From a virus (lineage: Duplodnaviria > Caudoviricetes), in the IMG/VR virus record IMGVR_UViG_3300048503_000032, positions 1 to 64,000 of that record: DNA of 64,000 nucleotides; one strand, written 5' to 3'. The translations under genes were made by a program, and so were the position numbers. The notes below the pieces were generated by a model. The model made no database searches and was not told the origin of the DNA. It was given only the letters and a program-made list of their open reading frames with translations. Shown in pieces: positions 38,535 to 47,581 of this stretch (position 1 is the stretch's first letter; every line of letters starts with the position of its first letter).

Positions 38535-39304
38535 CAGCGACTGAAGACATTCTATTCGTGATGCCGAAGGACAGGGAGATGCAGTTTCCTGCGATGGCGG
38601 CTAATCAGGTTTATGTGAATAGTTATAGGATCAAGATGGAGGCCAACTGTGTTACGCCTATCATGCCGACGTATAAGTTCCGTTATCAGGTGGAAGTGGC
38701 AGACGAGTGTTGGGATTTGTTTCGGCGTCTCGGTATCGAGTTGAATCAGGACAGGGAACAGATTGGATTCCCCGATTCGGTGATCGAGTTGACAGATGAG
38801 AAGCTACTCAGCTTCTATAATTCTGAAAAACATGCGTCACAAATCTGTGCAGCCATCGCTGGGGTTGAAGCCCCGCCATATCCTAAGATTCGTCAGGTAT
38901 CGTGTACGCGCCCAGAGTGTTTATGGGTAGCAGGAGATTTGGACTTAAGAGTATCGGAGATTCAGTTTAGGTGGGATGATTTAGGTGTCGGCGATCTTGT
39001 GCCGGACGGTATTGTAGTTGGGTATCAGTCTTGGCAGACTTATGCGGCTGCGGCGATGGGACTCCCCGTCATTGAAGTGTTGCGGAAGACGCGCAGTGTG
39101 AATTGGTTGAGCAAGTTTGCTAATCCGTTGTACCGGGCGATTGAAGAGGGGCATCTGGATCGACTGCCGGACACGTTGAAAAACATTAGGGCGATATTGA
39201 CTTATAAAGCGGAGCAGGCGGCTAAGGCATACGACGCAGCGGCAATCAAGTATCATGGTGAGTATGCACGATTGAATTTCCCGAAGGGGAAGAGATGCCG
39301 ATAA
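38531..39304 (+). CDS. Divergent GT9-like protein with captured AP2-domain C-terminus
   Basis: VVGYQSWQTYAAAAMGLPVIEV resembles the GT9 C-terminal motif; 22 aa identical to HNH-AP2 tail. Confidence 0.5.
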   Translation: MTATEDILFVMPKDREMQFPAMAANQVYVNSYRIKMEANCVTPIMPTYKFRYQVEVADECWDLFRRLGIELNQDREQIGFPDSVIELTDEKLLSFYNSEKHASQICAAIAGVEAPPYPKIRQVSCTRPECLWVAGDLDLRVSEIQFRWDDLGVGDLVPDGIVVGYQSWQTYAAAAMGLPVIEVLRKTRSVNWLSKFANPLYRAIEEGHLDRLPDTLKNIRAILTYKAEQAAKAYDAAAIKYHGEYARLNFPKGKRCR

Positions 39305-39762
39305 CAGAAGGTTCAAGTCGACAAGGACAACGCAACCAAGACGGATCGTATCGAATTGTCTGCTCCGATTGCAGACAGTACATCTGCGATTCACATATAA
39401 AGTTGATCAATGCTCGGTGCGCTCTGTGTGAGCGAGCCCTGGCCGGCGAGCCTGTTCCGACGGATGCGATTCAGATGTATGTTGCAGGCAAGGCTGGACA
39501 CAGAGATGTTTCAGTGTTGCGGGTTGAGGATGACGATAATCGCGGAGGCACCAAGTTCACTCTGCGATCTCTGCTCGGGTTGACGTCACGCGCTCTTGGT
39601 TTCACCAAGCCTGAAGCGGAGCCGTTGGAATCGGTGAAGGTGTCGAAGGGCAAGCGTCGGCCGCGGTTGTTTGCAGATGTGGACTTATCGGATGAGTCGC
39701 AGGGGATTGGTAGCATGGAGCAGATTGACAAGGCGTTGACGGCAGAGAAAGAAGGACAGTGA
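39295..39762 (+). CDS. hypothetical Zn-ribbon protein
   Basis: CSDC, CALC. Confidence 0.65.
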   Translation: MPITEGSSRQGQRNQDGSYRIVCSDCRQYICDSHIKLINARCALCERALAGEPVPTDAIQMYVAGKAGHRDVSVLRVEDDDNRGGTKFTLRSLLGLTSRALGFTKPEAEPLESVKVSKGKRRPRLFADVDLSDESQGIGSMEQIDKALTAEKEGQ

Positions 39763-40010
39763 TGGAGATAATGTGCGGGGCATGCAAGCTGCCGGTTACT
39801 ATCCCGGACTTGGAGCAGCCGAAGATCATCAATCTGCCAGGAACCAGTGTTTTGATCCTCGAGCATTCTGAGCAGACGTTGTGCCCGAAGTGTTTGGTAC
39901 CGATCACCGCCGGTATTGCGATGGCGCAGCTGGCGTTGGTTGGGTTTCCTGTTCCGCCGAAGCAGCAGAAGAATTTGATTGTTGTACCGAACGGAATGAT
40001 CCAGCATTAG
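39762..40010 (+). CDS. hypothetical Zn-ribbon protein
   Basis: CGAC, CPKC. Confidence 0.65.
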   Translation: MEIMCGACKLPVTIPDLEQPKIINLPGTSVLILEHSEQTLCPKCLVPITAGIAMAQLALVGFPVPPKQQKNLIVVPNGMIQH

Positions 40011-40018
40011 GAGACGAG

Positions 40019-40213
40019 ATGGCAGTCGGTCGCACATTCGATGTAGTGGCTTTCAGGAAGAAGCTGGAGGCTGTGGTCGCTACGACTGCGAACGGAGTAC
40101 CGACCGTAGTGCAGTGCAGGATGAACGGAATTGACGCACCGGCCATCGCGAAGCAGTTAATGAACGCGGGATATGATGCAGAGGCTGTAATGAGAATGAT
40201 GAGGGGAATATGA
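40019..40213 (+). CDS. hypothetical protein
   Basis: AGGAG SD. Confidence 0.6.
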   Translation: MAVGRTFDVVAFRKKLEAVVATTANGVPTVVQCRMNGIDAPAIAKQLMNAGYDAEAVMRMMRGI

Positions 40214-40737
40214 AGACTGAGGAACGTGTAGCGAAGATCGACGAGATGTGTCAGGAGCTGTTTGCAGCGAACACGATGTTTACACCGATCTACCCGTGGA
40301 TCTTCGTCATGGTCTGCCAGAAGGCGCAGCAGGTCGGCGGGATCTATCTGCCTGAGAAGCAGAACAAGACGGCGCATGAAGGGATCGTACTGGCGACTTG
40401 GAAGGAGAAACTTATCGGCGGTAGGGGAGAGTATGTATCGGTGCGTTCGGAGATGCGTCTTGGCGACCGCGTGACATTCCATCACTTCGCCGGCCAGCCT
40501 ATTCCTGGATATGATTCGGATCGCTTTCGTGTGGTCAAGGAGCGTGACTGGAAAGAAGAGGGCGGTATCTTCGGTCGTATCGATTATGCTGACGCTGATA
40601 CCAAGCCGATTGAGCAGTTGCAGCGGGTGTTGCTGGACAAGGCTAACATCAAGATTGCGGAGCTTATGGGGAAGATCGGGGATCGGTTTCTGGTAGTTGA
40701 TCGTGAGGCGGGTTCTGTCACGCTTAGCGGTGTATGA
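40210..40737 (+). CDS. GroES/Cpn10-like co-chaperonin with C-terminal extension
   Basis: FTPIYPWIFV..GGIYLPE..EGIVLA..GDRV.F..FAG..VVKE. Confidence 0.75.
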   Translation: MKTEERVAKIDEMCQELFAANTMFTPIYPWIFVMVCQKAQQVGGIYLPEKQNKTAHEGIVLATWKEKLIGGRGEYVSVRSEMRLGDRVTFHHFAGQPIPGYDSDRFRVVKERDWKEEGGIFGRIDYADADTKPIEQLQRVLLDKANIKIAELMGKIGDRFLVVDREAGSVTLSGV

Positions 40738-40746
40738 GTCGTTTGC

Positions 40747-40783
40747 GGTCTAACTCTTCGACGTAGGGCATCCTACGCAAGAC
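40747..40783 (+). repeat. 37-bp dispersed repeat, copy 2
   Basis: Identical to 31271-31307. Confidence 0.9.
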
Positions 40784-40909
40784 GACGGGGTGTTCTGTGG
40801 GCCAACAGAAGGCAGTTTCGATGGAGGATCTGGTTCGGATGGCTGTGTTAGTGTCAATCGCTACTTGAATCGTGAAGGATATGCGTTCAGCTCGGGGTAA
40901 GATGAAGCG

Positions 40910-41080
40910 ATGAAACGCATGATTGACATCGAGTTGGACGAGTTGTGCGCGGCTGCGGACGACCATACGCCGGCCAGTCTCAGGTCGACGCTCGATATGG
41001 ATGCTCGCATGGTTGACTGCGGACATCGGGTGGAGCGCACACCATCGCTCGGTGAGTTGGATGGAGATGAGGACGTATGA
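40910..41080 (+). CDS. small acidic hypothetical protein
   Basis: MKRMIDIELDEL...; ATGA overlap with a downstream 25-aa hydrophobic ORF (41077-41154). Confidence 0.45.
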   Translation: MKRMIDIELDELCAAADDHTPASLRSTLDMDARMVDCGHRVERTPSLGELDGDEDV

Positions 41081-41155
41081 AGATTCTTATGGGTGGTTTG
41101 GGTATACTCGCTTTGTTGTATCTGTTCTGGATTACATTCACTGGATTGATTTGAA

Positions 41156-41179
41156 GACGGTATCGGTTTTATCTATGGT
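41156..41179 (+). promoter_or_regulatory. Class B promoter GACG-N14-TATGGT
   Basis: Conserved spacing; precedes structured region. Confidence 0.6.
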
Positions 41180-41184
41180 GGAGA

Positions 41185-41407
41185 GGTTGACGATCCTGAG
41201 TCTGGGAAAGCCGCACCGCGGATAGGCGGAATGCTCTGTCGGGGTTGCTCCCGTGGAGCTGATACCGACAAAGGGATCGTTGGCTGGGATAATGCACGGC
41301 GGCAGGGTAGCTGATTTCGACGTAAAACGAATGCGACGTAGAGGCCGCAAGGCTCACCGAAAGCTATTAGTACATATCGTCTATAAGCTGCGAGTCCGCC
41401 GTGCATT
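41185..41407 (+). ncRNA. Candidate two-domain structured ncRNA
   Basis: GGTTGACGATCC/GGATCGTTGGCT (G.U-rich) and perfect AATGCACGGCGG/CCGCCGTGCATT closing stems; internal GCC-GCAA-GGC. Confidence 0.5.
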
Positions 41408-41422
41408 TTCGATGGGAGATAT

Positions 41423-41656
41423 ATGACTCGTTTAGTGATCGAGACGACAAATGATGCTCGTGTGTTGTGCGTAGCGTTCGAGGATCGATTGGTATTTCAG
41501 TCGGGCGATACCGTATCGGAGAGGTGGCCTGAGCGACGTGTTAGGATGGTGTCGCGTGAGGCGATAGTGATGAGCGCGTACATCGATCCGGTGCAGGTGG
41601 CGGAGCGTGCTTTGGGCGGGCAGATCGCACAATGGCATCTCAGGGATGAGCCCTAG
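41423..41656 (+). CDS. hypothetical protein
   Basis: GGAG SD. Confidence 0.65.
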   Translation: MTRLVIETTNDARVLCVAFEDRLVFQSGDTVSERWPERRVRMVSREAIVMSAYIDPVQVAERALGGQIAQWHLRDEP

Positions 41657-41697
41657 TTTGCTGTTCGTCATCGGCTGGCGGCGAGTATCATTCTTGA
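41655..41697 (+). promoter_or_regulatory. Class C (late) promoter AGTTTGCTGTT-N20-TATCAT-N6-ATG
   Basis: Same architecture before portal, protease and ORF 57590. Confidence 0.8.
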
Positions 41698-43371
41698 ATG
41701 GCAGTCCGACCGGATAAATCTCTCGCACATGATCAGCTCCAGGCGCTCCAGGCTATGTTGAAAGCCTGGGGCGTTCCTGTCTTTGTGTCTGCGATGATTT
41801 GGATATTGCAGAAGCAGGATGACTCAAAGGTACAGTTGGAGCAGCCTACGCGCCTTGTGCCGTTCATGCTCAATCCTATTCAGAAGGACTTGTATGAGCA
41901 TCTGGCGCAGAACAATCTGTTGTTGAAGTCTAGACAGATGGGCGGCACGACATTCTTTGCTCTGGTGCGCGGGCTGTTGAATGTCATCACCAATGAGGGA
42001 ACCAACGCGATTCTGGTCAGTCAGAAGAGTGAGATGGCGGAGACTCACTTTCTCATGGTGCAGCGCGCGTATCGGATGTTCGGTGTGCGCGATCCGCACG
42101 ACGACGCAGCGAATGATGTGAATATCAGTTTCAGACAGAATCTGTTGCATACCAAGTTCGTCAACCGGCGAGAACTTTATTTCGATCAGCTTGAGTCGAG
42201 AATGTCTGTTGAGTCGGCTGAGGTGGAGGAAGGCGCACAGGGTATCACGCTGCACCACATCATCGGCTCGGAGTATGCGCGCTGGCCGAAAGATCCGGCA
42301 GCGACTTTGGCGAATATCCGCGGCGCTCTGGTACCGGGCGGCACGTTGGATCTGGAGTGTACAGCGAACGGGGCTGTCGGGTCGTTCTTTGACAAGTACA
42401 TGCTGGCGATGAATTCGCCGGAGTTGTCTGACGCCAAGGCCCACTTTTACGCGTGGTGGGAAAGTTCCGAGTATACTATCAGGCTCGATACCAAGCAGCA
42501 GGAAGAGTTGGCGGCGGATTTACAGGAAGATGAGCGGCGGCTCATAGATACATTTCACATCGACTTGCAGCAGGTTGCATGGCGCAGGGAAACCAAGAAG
42601 CAGTTCCCTGGAGTGGAGTTCGACGAGAAGTATCCTGAGTCGGCGATCACAGCGTTCGTCGTTTCAGGTAAGAGCTACTTCGACAGGGACATCCTTGTGG
42701 CGCGCCGGATGGAGTTGCAGACGTTCAAGCCGTTCAAGTCTTACCACGCGGGCGAGGCGAAGTTCTTCTTCCAGCGAATACCTGGACGCAGATATGTGAT
42801 CGGAGCGGATACGGCTGGCGGCAAAGCGATCAGTAACAGCGATACGGATAACTGTGCGGCGGTGGTGTTGGATCTGTCGAATGGAGAAGAGGTGGCGGCG
42901 TACTGCGCGAAGGTCACGCCTGAGGACTTCGCACTTGACTTGGCCGATATCGGTCGCTACTACAACGACTGTCCGATCATGGTCGAGAGAAATATGGACG
43001 GCGGAACCACGATCTTGGTGCTGGCTGGCGACTGTAAGTACGGCGCTGTGATGAAGAGTAAGGAATGGATCAAGCGCGAGAAGAAGACGGTGGAGTTCGA
43101 TGGCTTCCAGACCAATACGCGCACTCGTCCGATCGCGCTGAATATGCTGAATCGCTTTGTGAAGGAATCGCCTGAGTTGATCTGGGATCAGTCGTTCATC
43201 GACGAGGCTCTGGTGTTCGTTCGCAGTAAGACGGGCAAGCCTGAAGCGACGCCTGGAGCCCACGATGACAGAGTCATGGCGCGCGCCATCGCTCATGCGG
43301 CTCGGGCGATGCTGCTCAATTACTACCCCACCGATGGGTCTGTGCAGTACGTCGGCAGCGACCGCATGTAA
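41698..43371 (+). CDS. terL: Terminase large subunit
   Basis: LNPIQ, LLKSRQMGGTT, IIGSE, ECTANG, IGADTA, VERN, HDDRVMA. Confidence 0.95.
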   Translation: MAVRPDKSLAHDQLQALQAMLKAWGVPVFVSAMIWILQKQDDSKVQLEQPTRLVPFMLNPIQKDLYEHLAQNNLLLKSRQMGGTTFFALVRGLLNVITNEGTNAILVSQKSEMAETHFLMVQRAYRMFGVRDPHDDAANDVNISFRQNLLHTKFVNRRELYFDQLESRMSVESAEVEEGAQGITLHHIIGSEYARWPKDPAATLANIRGALVPGGTLDLECTANGAVGSFFDKYMLAMNSPELSDAKAHFYAWWESSEYTIRLDTKQQEELAADLQEDERRLIDTFHIDLQQVAWRRETKKQFPGVEFDEKYPESAITAFVVSGKSYFDRDILVARRMELQTFKPFKSYHAGEAKFFFQRIPGRRYVIGADTAGGKAISNSDTDNCAAVVLDLSNGEEVAAYCAKVTPEDFALDLADIGRYYNDCPIMVERNMDGGTTILVLAGDCKYGAVMKSKEWIKREKKTVEFDGFQTNTRTRPIALNMLNRFVKESPELIWDQSFIDEALVFVRSKTGKPEATPGAHDDRVMARAIAHAARAMLLNYYPTDGSVQYVGSDRM

Positions 43372-43400
43372 AAGACGTCAAAAACCCTTGATATATGGCC

Positions 43401-43463
43401 TAAAATAAAGACTTGACACGTTTCCTATATGGTGTATCATAGGGTTGTGGTCAAGGAGAACGG
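43401..43463 (+). promoter_or_regulatory. Class A composite promoter (TTGACA-16-TATCAT, nested GACT-N14-TATGGT)
   Basis: Second copy of the 16033 element. Confidence 0.85.
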
Positions 43464-43464
43464 C

Positions 43465-43704
43465 ATGGCAATCAAATATCTGGTCAAGGGTCAGGATCTC
43501 GATAGCGGTCTGGTATCGGATCTCGAAGAGACGATGTTCTGGTTGTTCGTCGATGGGGACGCGAAAGCGGGAGCCATCGATGCGCGTCTTACCAAGGCGA
43601 TCAAGGCTGCGGAGTGGCCTGAGAGCTACAAGGAAGAGTTCGAGCTTGCTTATGCTGTGATCGCAGCCAACGAGCATCTGGTAGAGATCGGGGCGGTGGC
43701 GTGA
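43465..43704 (+). CDS. hypothetical early protein
   Basis: AAGGAG SD after class A promoter. Confidence 0.75.
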   Translation: MAIKYLVKGQDLDSGLVSDLEETMFWLFVDGDAKAGAIDARLTKAIKAAEWPESYKEEFELAYAVIAANEHLVEIGAVA

Positions 43705-43865
43705 TGAAACGATATTGGTCTGTGGAACTGACGAACGCCGATCGACAGTACAAAACTGTCGAAGTGAGGGATGCGGATTTATGCCTCAAGGACGCTGTTC
43801 GTAAGGCGGTCACGGACAATCCAGGTTGGTCGTACATTAATGTGTTTCTGTCGAAGGGAGTATAA
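43704..43865 (+). CDS. hypothetical protein
   Basis: MKRYWSVEL...; TGATG overlap. Confidence 0.6.
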   Translation: MKRYWSVELTNADRQYKTVEVRDADLCLKDAVRKAVTDNPGWSYINVFLSKGV

Positions 43866-43869
43866 CGAC

Positions 43870-44280
43870 GTGTGGATTTTCACTAAATATGGTTTCTACT
43901 CAATCGCAGCAGCGGATGCTCGAGTCGGCGGCTCTGGCGATGATCTCATGGTGCGCGCTCGGATGCGGGAGCATCTCGAGGCCATCCAGAATCGCTTCCC
44001 TACGCTGATAGGCAAGCTGAAGGTGATCGAGATCAGTGAGGCGGACTACGGCTATCGCCTGGTGGTCGGGCGCAAGGTGTGGGCAGAGGTGGTCAGTGAG
44101 TTGACGCTTGAGCAGACGTGGAGCAATTTCAAGAATCAGGTCGCGATGAATCCTGACAATATTCGCTCGGGCTACGAAGGTGCGTTGCATCGGATCTGGA
44201 CAATCATGTACGGTCTGCAACCTCAGCCCGCGCTTCACACGCCGGTGGGATGCTCCGTTGCCTACGTTGCGGTTGAGTAA
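43870..44280 (+). CDS. phage hypothetical protein (MWIFT.YGFYS type)
   Basis: GTG start after GGGAG; LMVRAR, ADYGYR, SNFKN. Confidence 0.75.
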   Translation: MWIFTKYGFYSIAAADARVGGSGDDLMVRARMREHLEAIQNRFPTLIGKLKVIEISEADYGYRLVVGRKVWAEVVSELTLEQTWSNFKNQVAMNPDNIRSGYEGALHRIWTIMYGLQPQPALHTPVGCSVAYVAVE

Positions 44281-44379
44281 GAAGGAACGCAAGCGCCGGC
44301 GCAAGGAGATGCAGGAATATCTCGATAGCATGACGGATGTGGATTGGAATGCAATCGATTGGTCAGGAGAGATTCAGTG

Positions 44380-44580
44380 ATGGCAGATATTTCAGCTTTG
44401 GCAGTTCAGTTCTACGACGTGTTCGGTGTCAAGTTGGCGAAGTACTGGCTTGGGCCGTATCGTCTGGACATCACCAAGTTCGACGATGAGGTTATCAAGT
44501 CGGGCGACCGTTCGATGAAGGACGTGATCCGCGAGAAGTATGGTCAGGGTGCGGTGGAGTTGATTGAGGCGCTCCTATGA
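44380..44580 (+). CDS. hypothetical protein
   Basis: AGGAG SD; LDITKFDD. Confidence 0.7.
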   Translation: MADISALAVQFYDVFGVKLAKYWLGPYRLDITKFDDEVIKSGDRSMKDVIREKYGQGAVELIEALL

Positions 44581-45055
44581 GTGTCTATACGGTCGAGAAG
44601 TATATTTTGTATGGCAAGCAGTTGCGATGGCGTGTATTGCGTGACGGACAACCGCTCAGTCGCGACATTGACTGGTGCGCTAATTCTTTGCCGACAAAGC
44701 AGTCTGCGCAGGAGAAGGCAGCGAAGATGGCAGCATGGGATGAGTGGCAGGTTTTGATGTATGCTGACGATGCTTCGGGCAAGTATCACTGGACTGAAGG
44801 GGAGCTGAAACAGATAGCGGAGTATGCGGTAGCTTTGCGCGTGAATCCTTTGCGTTGGACTTTTAAAACGGGCAGTTTCCACTTCGTAAAATTGCACGGA
44901 TTCAGCATTTGAAGGATGCGGAGAAGTTGCTGAAGGATGATGGGTGTTGGACTGATGCTCGCTCGGTTCGAGCAGAGACACGACGTGTTATGGCTGCGCG
45001 CGTTAAGGCTTTCCGTGATGCCGGACTGAGATTGAAGCGTAAGGAGTCGTTATGA
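44577..45055 (+). pseudogene. Hypothetical gene with apparent frameshift at TTTTAAAA (~44861-44868)
   Basis: A second frame NGQFPLRKIARIQHLKDAEK... runs to TGA 45055, overlapping the next ATG. Confidence 0.45.
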
Positions 45056-45399
45056 AGAGGATGAAGGTACAGGAGCTGTCGAGTGTCGGGCTGGAGCGTG
45101 TTCGCCTTGAGCGCAAGACTACACTTGTTCAGCGTTACTTAGAGGAGAAGGTGTTCTACGGTGGCGTGATCTGGCAGCGCGGTTTCATTCTTACTCGATT
45201 GCAGAAGGATGGCCAGCCCGACATAATTCTGGCGTGCATCGACGACTTCCATGCGCGGGAGAAAGCGGCAGGGCGTGATCCTTTGGCTCAGGCTATCTTC
45301 GATGCTACTGTTTTACCGCTGCGGGATCGTGTAGTTCTGTACGATGCGATGGGCGCTGGCGATACAAAAACGATGGACAGGTTGATGAGGAGCGTATGA
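45052..45399 (+). CDS. hypothetical protein
   Basis: AAGGAG SD. Confidence 0.7.
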   Translation: MKRMKVQELSSVGLERVRLERKTTLVQRYLEEKVFYGGVIWQRGFILTRLQKDGQPDIILACIDDFHAREKAAGRDPLAQAIFDATVLPLRDRVVLYDAMGAGDTKTMDRLMRSV

Positions 45400-45567
45400 A
45401 GAATCCGCCCGCGGTGTTGTCTGTGCAAGGATATCGGATCGATTCCACAGCTGGGATCGGATGGTAAGAAGATAGGTCTGATGCCTTGTCCAGCTTGCCA
45501 GCGCGCAGGCTCAATGAAGCGGCCGGTTGTCAGGGACGGCAAAGTAGCGGCAGCAGGAGATTCTTAG
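45396..45567 (+). pseudogene. Small Zn-ribbon gene with apparent +1 insertion near 45409
   Basis: MKNP then +1 frame PRCCLCKDIG..PCPAC..DGKVAAAGDS*. Confidence 0.5.
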
Positions 45568-45590
45568 ACGTAGCACGTTTCATCTATAGT
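45567..45590 (+). promoter_or_regulatory. Class B promoter GACG-N14-TATAGT
   Basis: Conserved spacing. Confidence 0.7.
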
Positions 45591-45612
45591 GTGAGAGTGA
45601 GGAGCGATCCAT

Positions 45613-45981
45613 ATGGCAGCGAAGAAAGAAAAACTAGAACCTTTAGGCGAGTCGGCTCTGAAGCGTGAGATTGAGGCTTTGCAGGATCTCAACGAGCAGT
45701 ATAAGGCGCTGGATAAGAAGTACGACGCATCGGCAGCCAAGGTGTTAGCGACGTTGAAGGCGAAGGATGTTCGGCGCTACGGCCAGCTTCAGTGTGTCAT
45801 CGTGCAGCAGTTGCGTCGCACGGTTGATTGGAAGGGCGAGGCATCCAGCATGGCGCGTCGGCTTTATCCTACGGCTGCGGAGCTTCGCCAGTATTTGATT
45901 CGGCTGGCGCGGCGGTATCCTCGCAAGGCCATCAAGCCGTCCATCAGGTTGACTATGCTCAAGACGGAGGAGGAGCTATGA
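45613..45981 (+). CDS. hypothetical basic protein
   Basis: GAGGAG SD. Confidence 0.75.
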   Translation: MAAKKEKLEPLGESALKREIEALQDLNEQYKALDKKYDASAAKVLATLKAKDVRRYGQLQCVIVQQLRRTVDWKGEASSMARRLYPTAAELRQYLIRLARRYPRKAIKPSIRLTMLKTEEEL

Positions 45982-46358
45982 AAGAGGTGATCTTCGTTGA
46001 CGGCAGAAGGATCTTAGTGGATGCGGACACGATGATGTGCCCGGCTGGGGAGGTTCTGCTGTTGAAGCGGAACCCTGAATCGGACGGCACTAAAAACTCC
46101 CCGCCACTCAACGATGTAGTCAGGTCATACCCGGCGATGGAAGTGAAGGATGTACGCGACGTGAAGGTCACGCCGGTAAAAGAGATGGCGATCAAGCTGT
46201 TGACGGCCTGCTCTAAGACGGAACCTCACGGATCCCGCAAGCTGGCCCAGATCGCCGGCCTCGAGTACTCAGACATCATCGTGCCGATCCTGAAGAAGCT
46301 GAGGGAGGCTGGCAAGGTCATCTTTGCAAGCGGAAGCGGAAAGTGGACGAGGGCATAA
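45978..46358 (+). CDS. hypothetical protein, possible C-terminal winged helix
   Basis: GSRKLAQIAGL..ILKKLREAGKV..GKW. Confidence 0.6.
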   Translation: MKEVIFVDGRRILVDADTMMCPAGEVLLLKRNPESDGTKNSPPLNDVVRSYPAMEVKDVRDVKVTPVKEMAIKLLTACSKTEPHGSRKLAQIAGLEYSDIIVPILKKLREAGKVIFASGSGKWTRA

Positions 46359-46585
46359 TGGCGAAGCTCTATGTCATGTCGAGGATAGGTAGATCTCCTG
46401 CTCTTAATGTGTAGCGATGAAAGGCCTGGGGCGGAGCAAGTTCACTGTGTTTGAGTGGACTGTCAGAGTAGCGGCCAAGAAGAAGGCGATCCACATATGC
46501 GGCGAGGGATGTCTCTCGACGTTCATTAGTAGGGAGTTGAATAACCGGACAGCAGTAGAGCCTGCGAAGGCAGAGGAGCAGTAAC

Positions 46586-47545
46586 ATGGCTGGAATGAAG
46601 GCGAAGTCTATTAAGTCGGTGATCGTGCGCAAGATGACGGCCTGGCTGGAGTCCATCGAGGACGAGGCTCTGCGCAAGCAGGTAGCCGCCTCGATTGTGG
46701 TGACGGGGGGTTGCATCGCGTCTATGCTACAGGGCGAACCTGTGAATGACTTTGATGTCTACTTGCGTGACTATGAGACTGCGGTCAAGGTGGCTGAGTA
46801 CTACGTCGGCAAATTCGAGCCGCGTAAGGCCAGCGGTATCAAGGTTCCGCTGTTCGTGGACGCGGATGCCAGCGCCAAGCGCGTCAAGATCGTAGCGAAG
46901 TCGGCTGGGATTGCCAGCGAAGAGGGAACCTCGAAGCCATATCAATACTTTCGAGTCACATCCTGAGCAAGTCGGAGAAGAGTATGTCGCCGACGTGATG
47001 GATCGCCCCGATCAAATCATGGATGCACATGAAGAGACGGAGCAACTCGCCATTGCAGACGCATCGGATGGCAAGCCAAAGTACCGCCCCGTCTTCCTCA
47101 CGAGCAACGCCATTACGCTGAGCGACAAGATACAGATCGTACTCCGCTTTCAGGGTGAGCCGGACGACATTCACGCGAACTACGACTTCGTTCACTGCAC
47201 GTCGTACTGGACAAGTTGGGATGAGAAGCTTGTGTTGAAGCCGGAGGCGATGGAGTCGATTCTGTGCGAAGGAGCTGCGCTATGTTGGGAGCAAATATCC
47301 CATCTGTTCAGTCGTCAGATTGCGCAAGTTCATCGCGCGAGGATGGCGGATAAACGCCGGTCAAATCTTGAAGATGGCGATGCAGATTTCGGCGCTAGAC
47401 CTTACCGACTTGGCGGTACTTGAAGATCAGCTCACCGGAGTCGACACCGCATACTTTCTGCAACTGATCGAGAAGCTGAAGGAGAAAGATCCGGACGAAG
47501 GTGAACGCGGCATACCTGGTGGAGATCATCGACCGGATGTTCTGA
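46586..47545 (+). pseudogene. Pol-beta-type nucleotidyltransferase-like gene split by three apparent +1 insertions
   Basis: VTGGCIASML..VNDFDVY; YRPVFLTSNAITLS; NYDFVHC; KELRYVGSKYP..RLRKFIARGW in successive frames. Confidence 0.7.
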
Positions 47546-47567
47546 CGCAGAGTAGTTTCTCTATCAT
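47544..47567 (+). promoter_or_regulatory. Class B promoter GACG-N14-TATCAT
   Basis: Conserved spacing. Confidence 0.6.
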
Positions 47568-47581
47568 GGGAGTGAGGCATT

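Noticed and set aside
44855-44872. Programmed -1 frameshift at TTTTAAAAC
   Set aside because: Phase does not fit an X XXY YYZ slip (a slip meets TAA); nearby indels point to sequencing error
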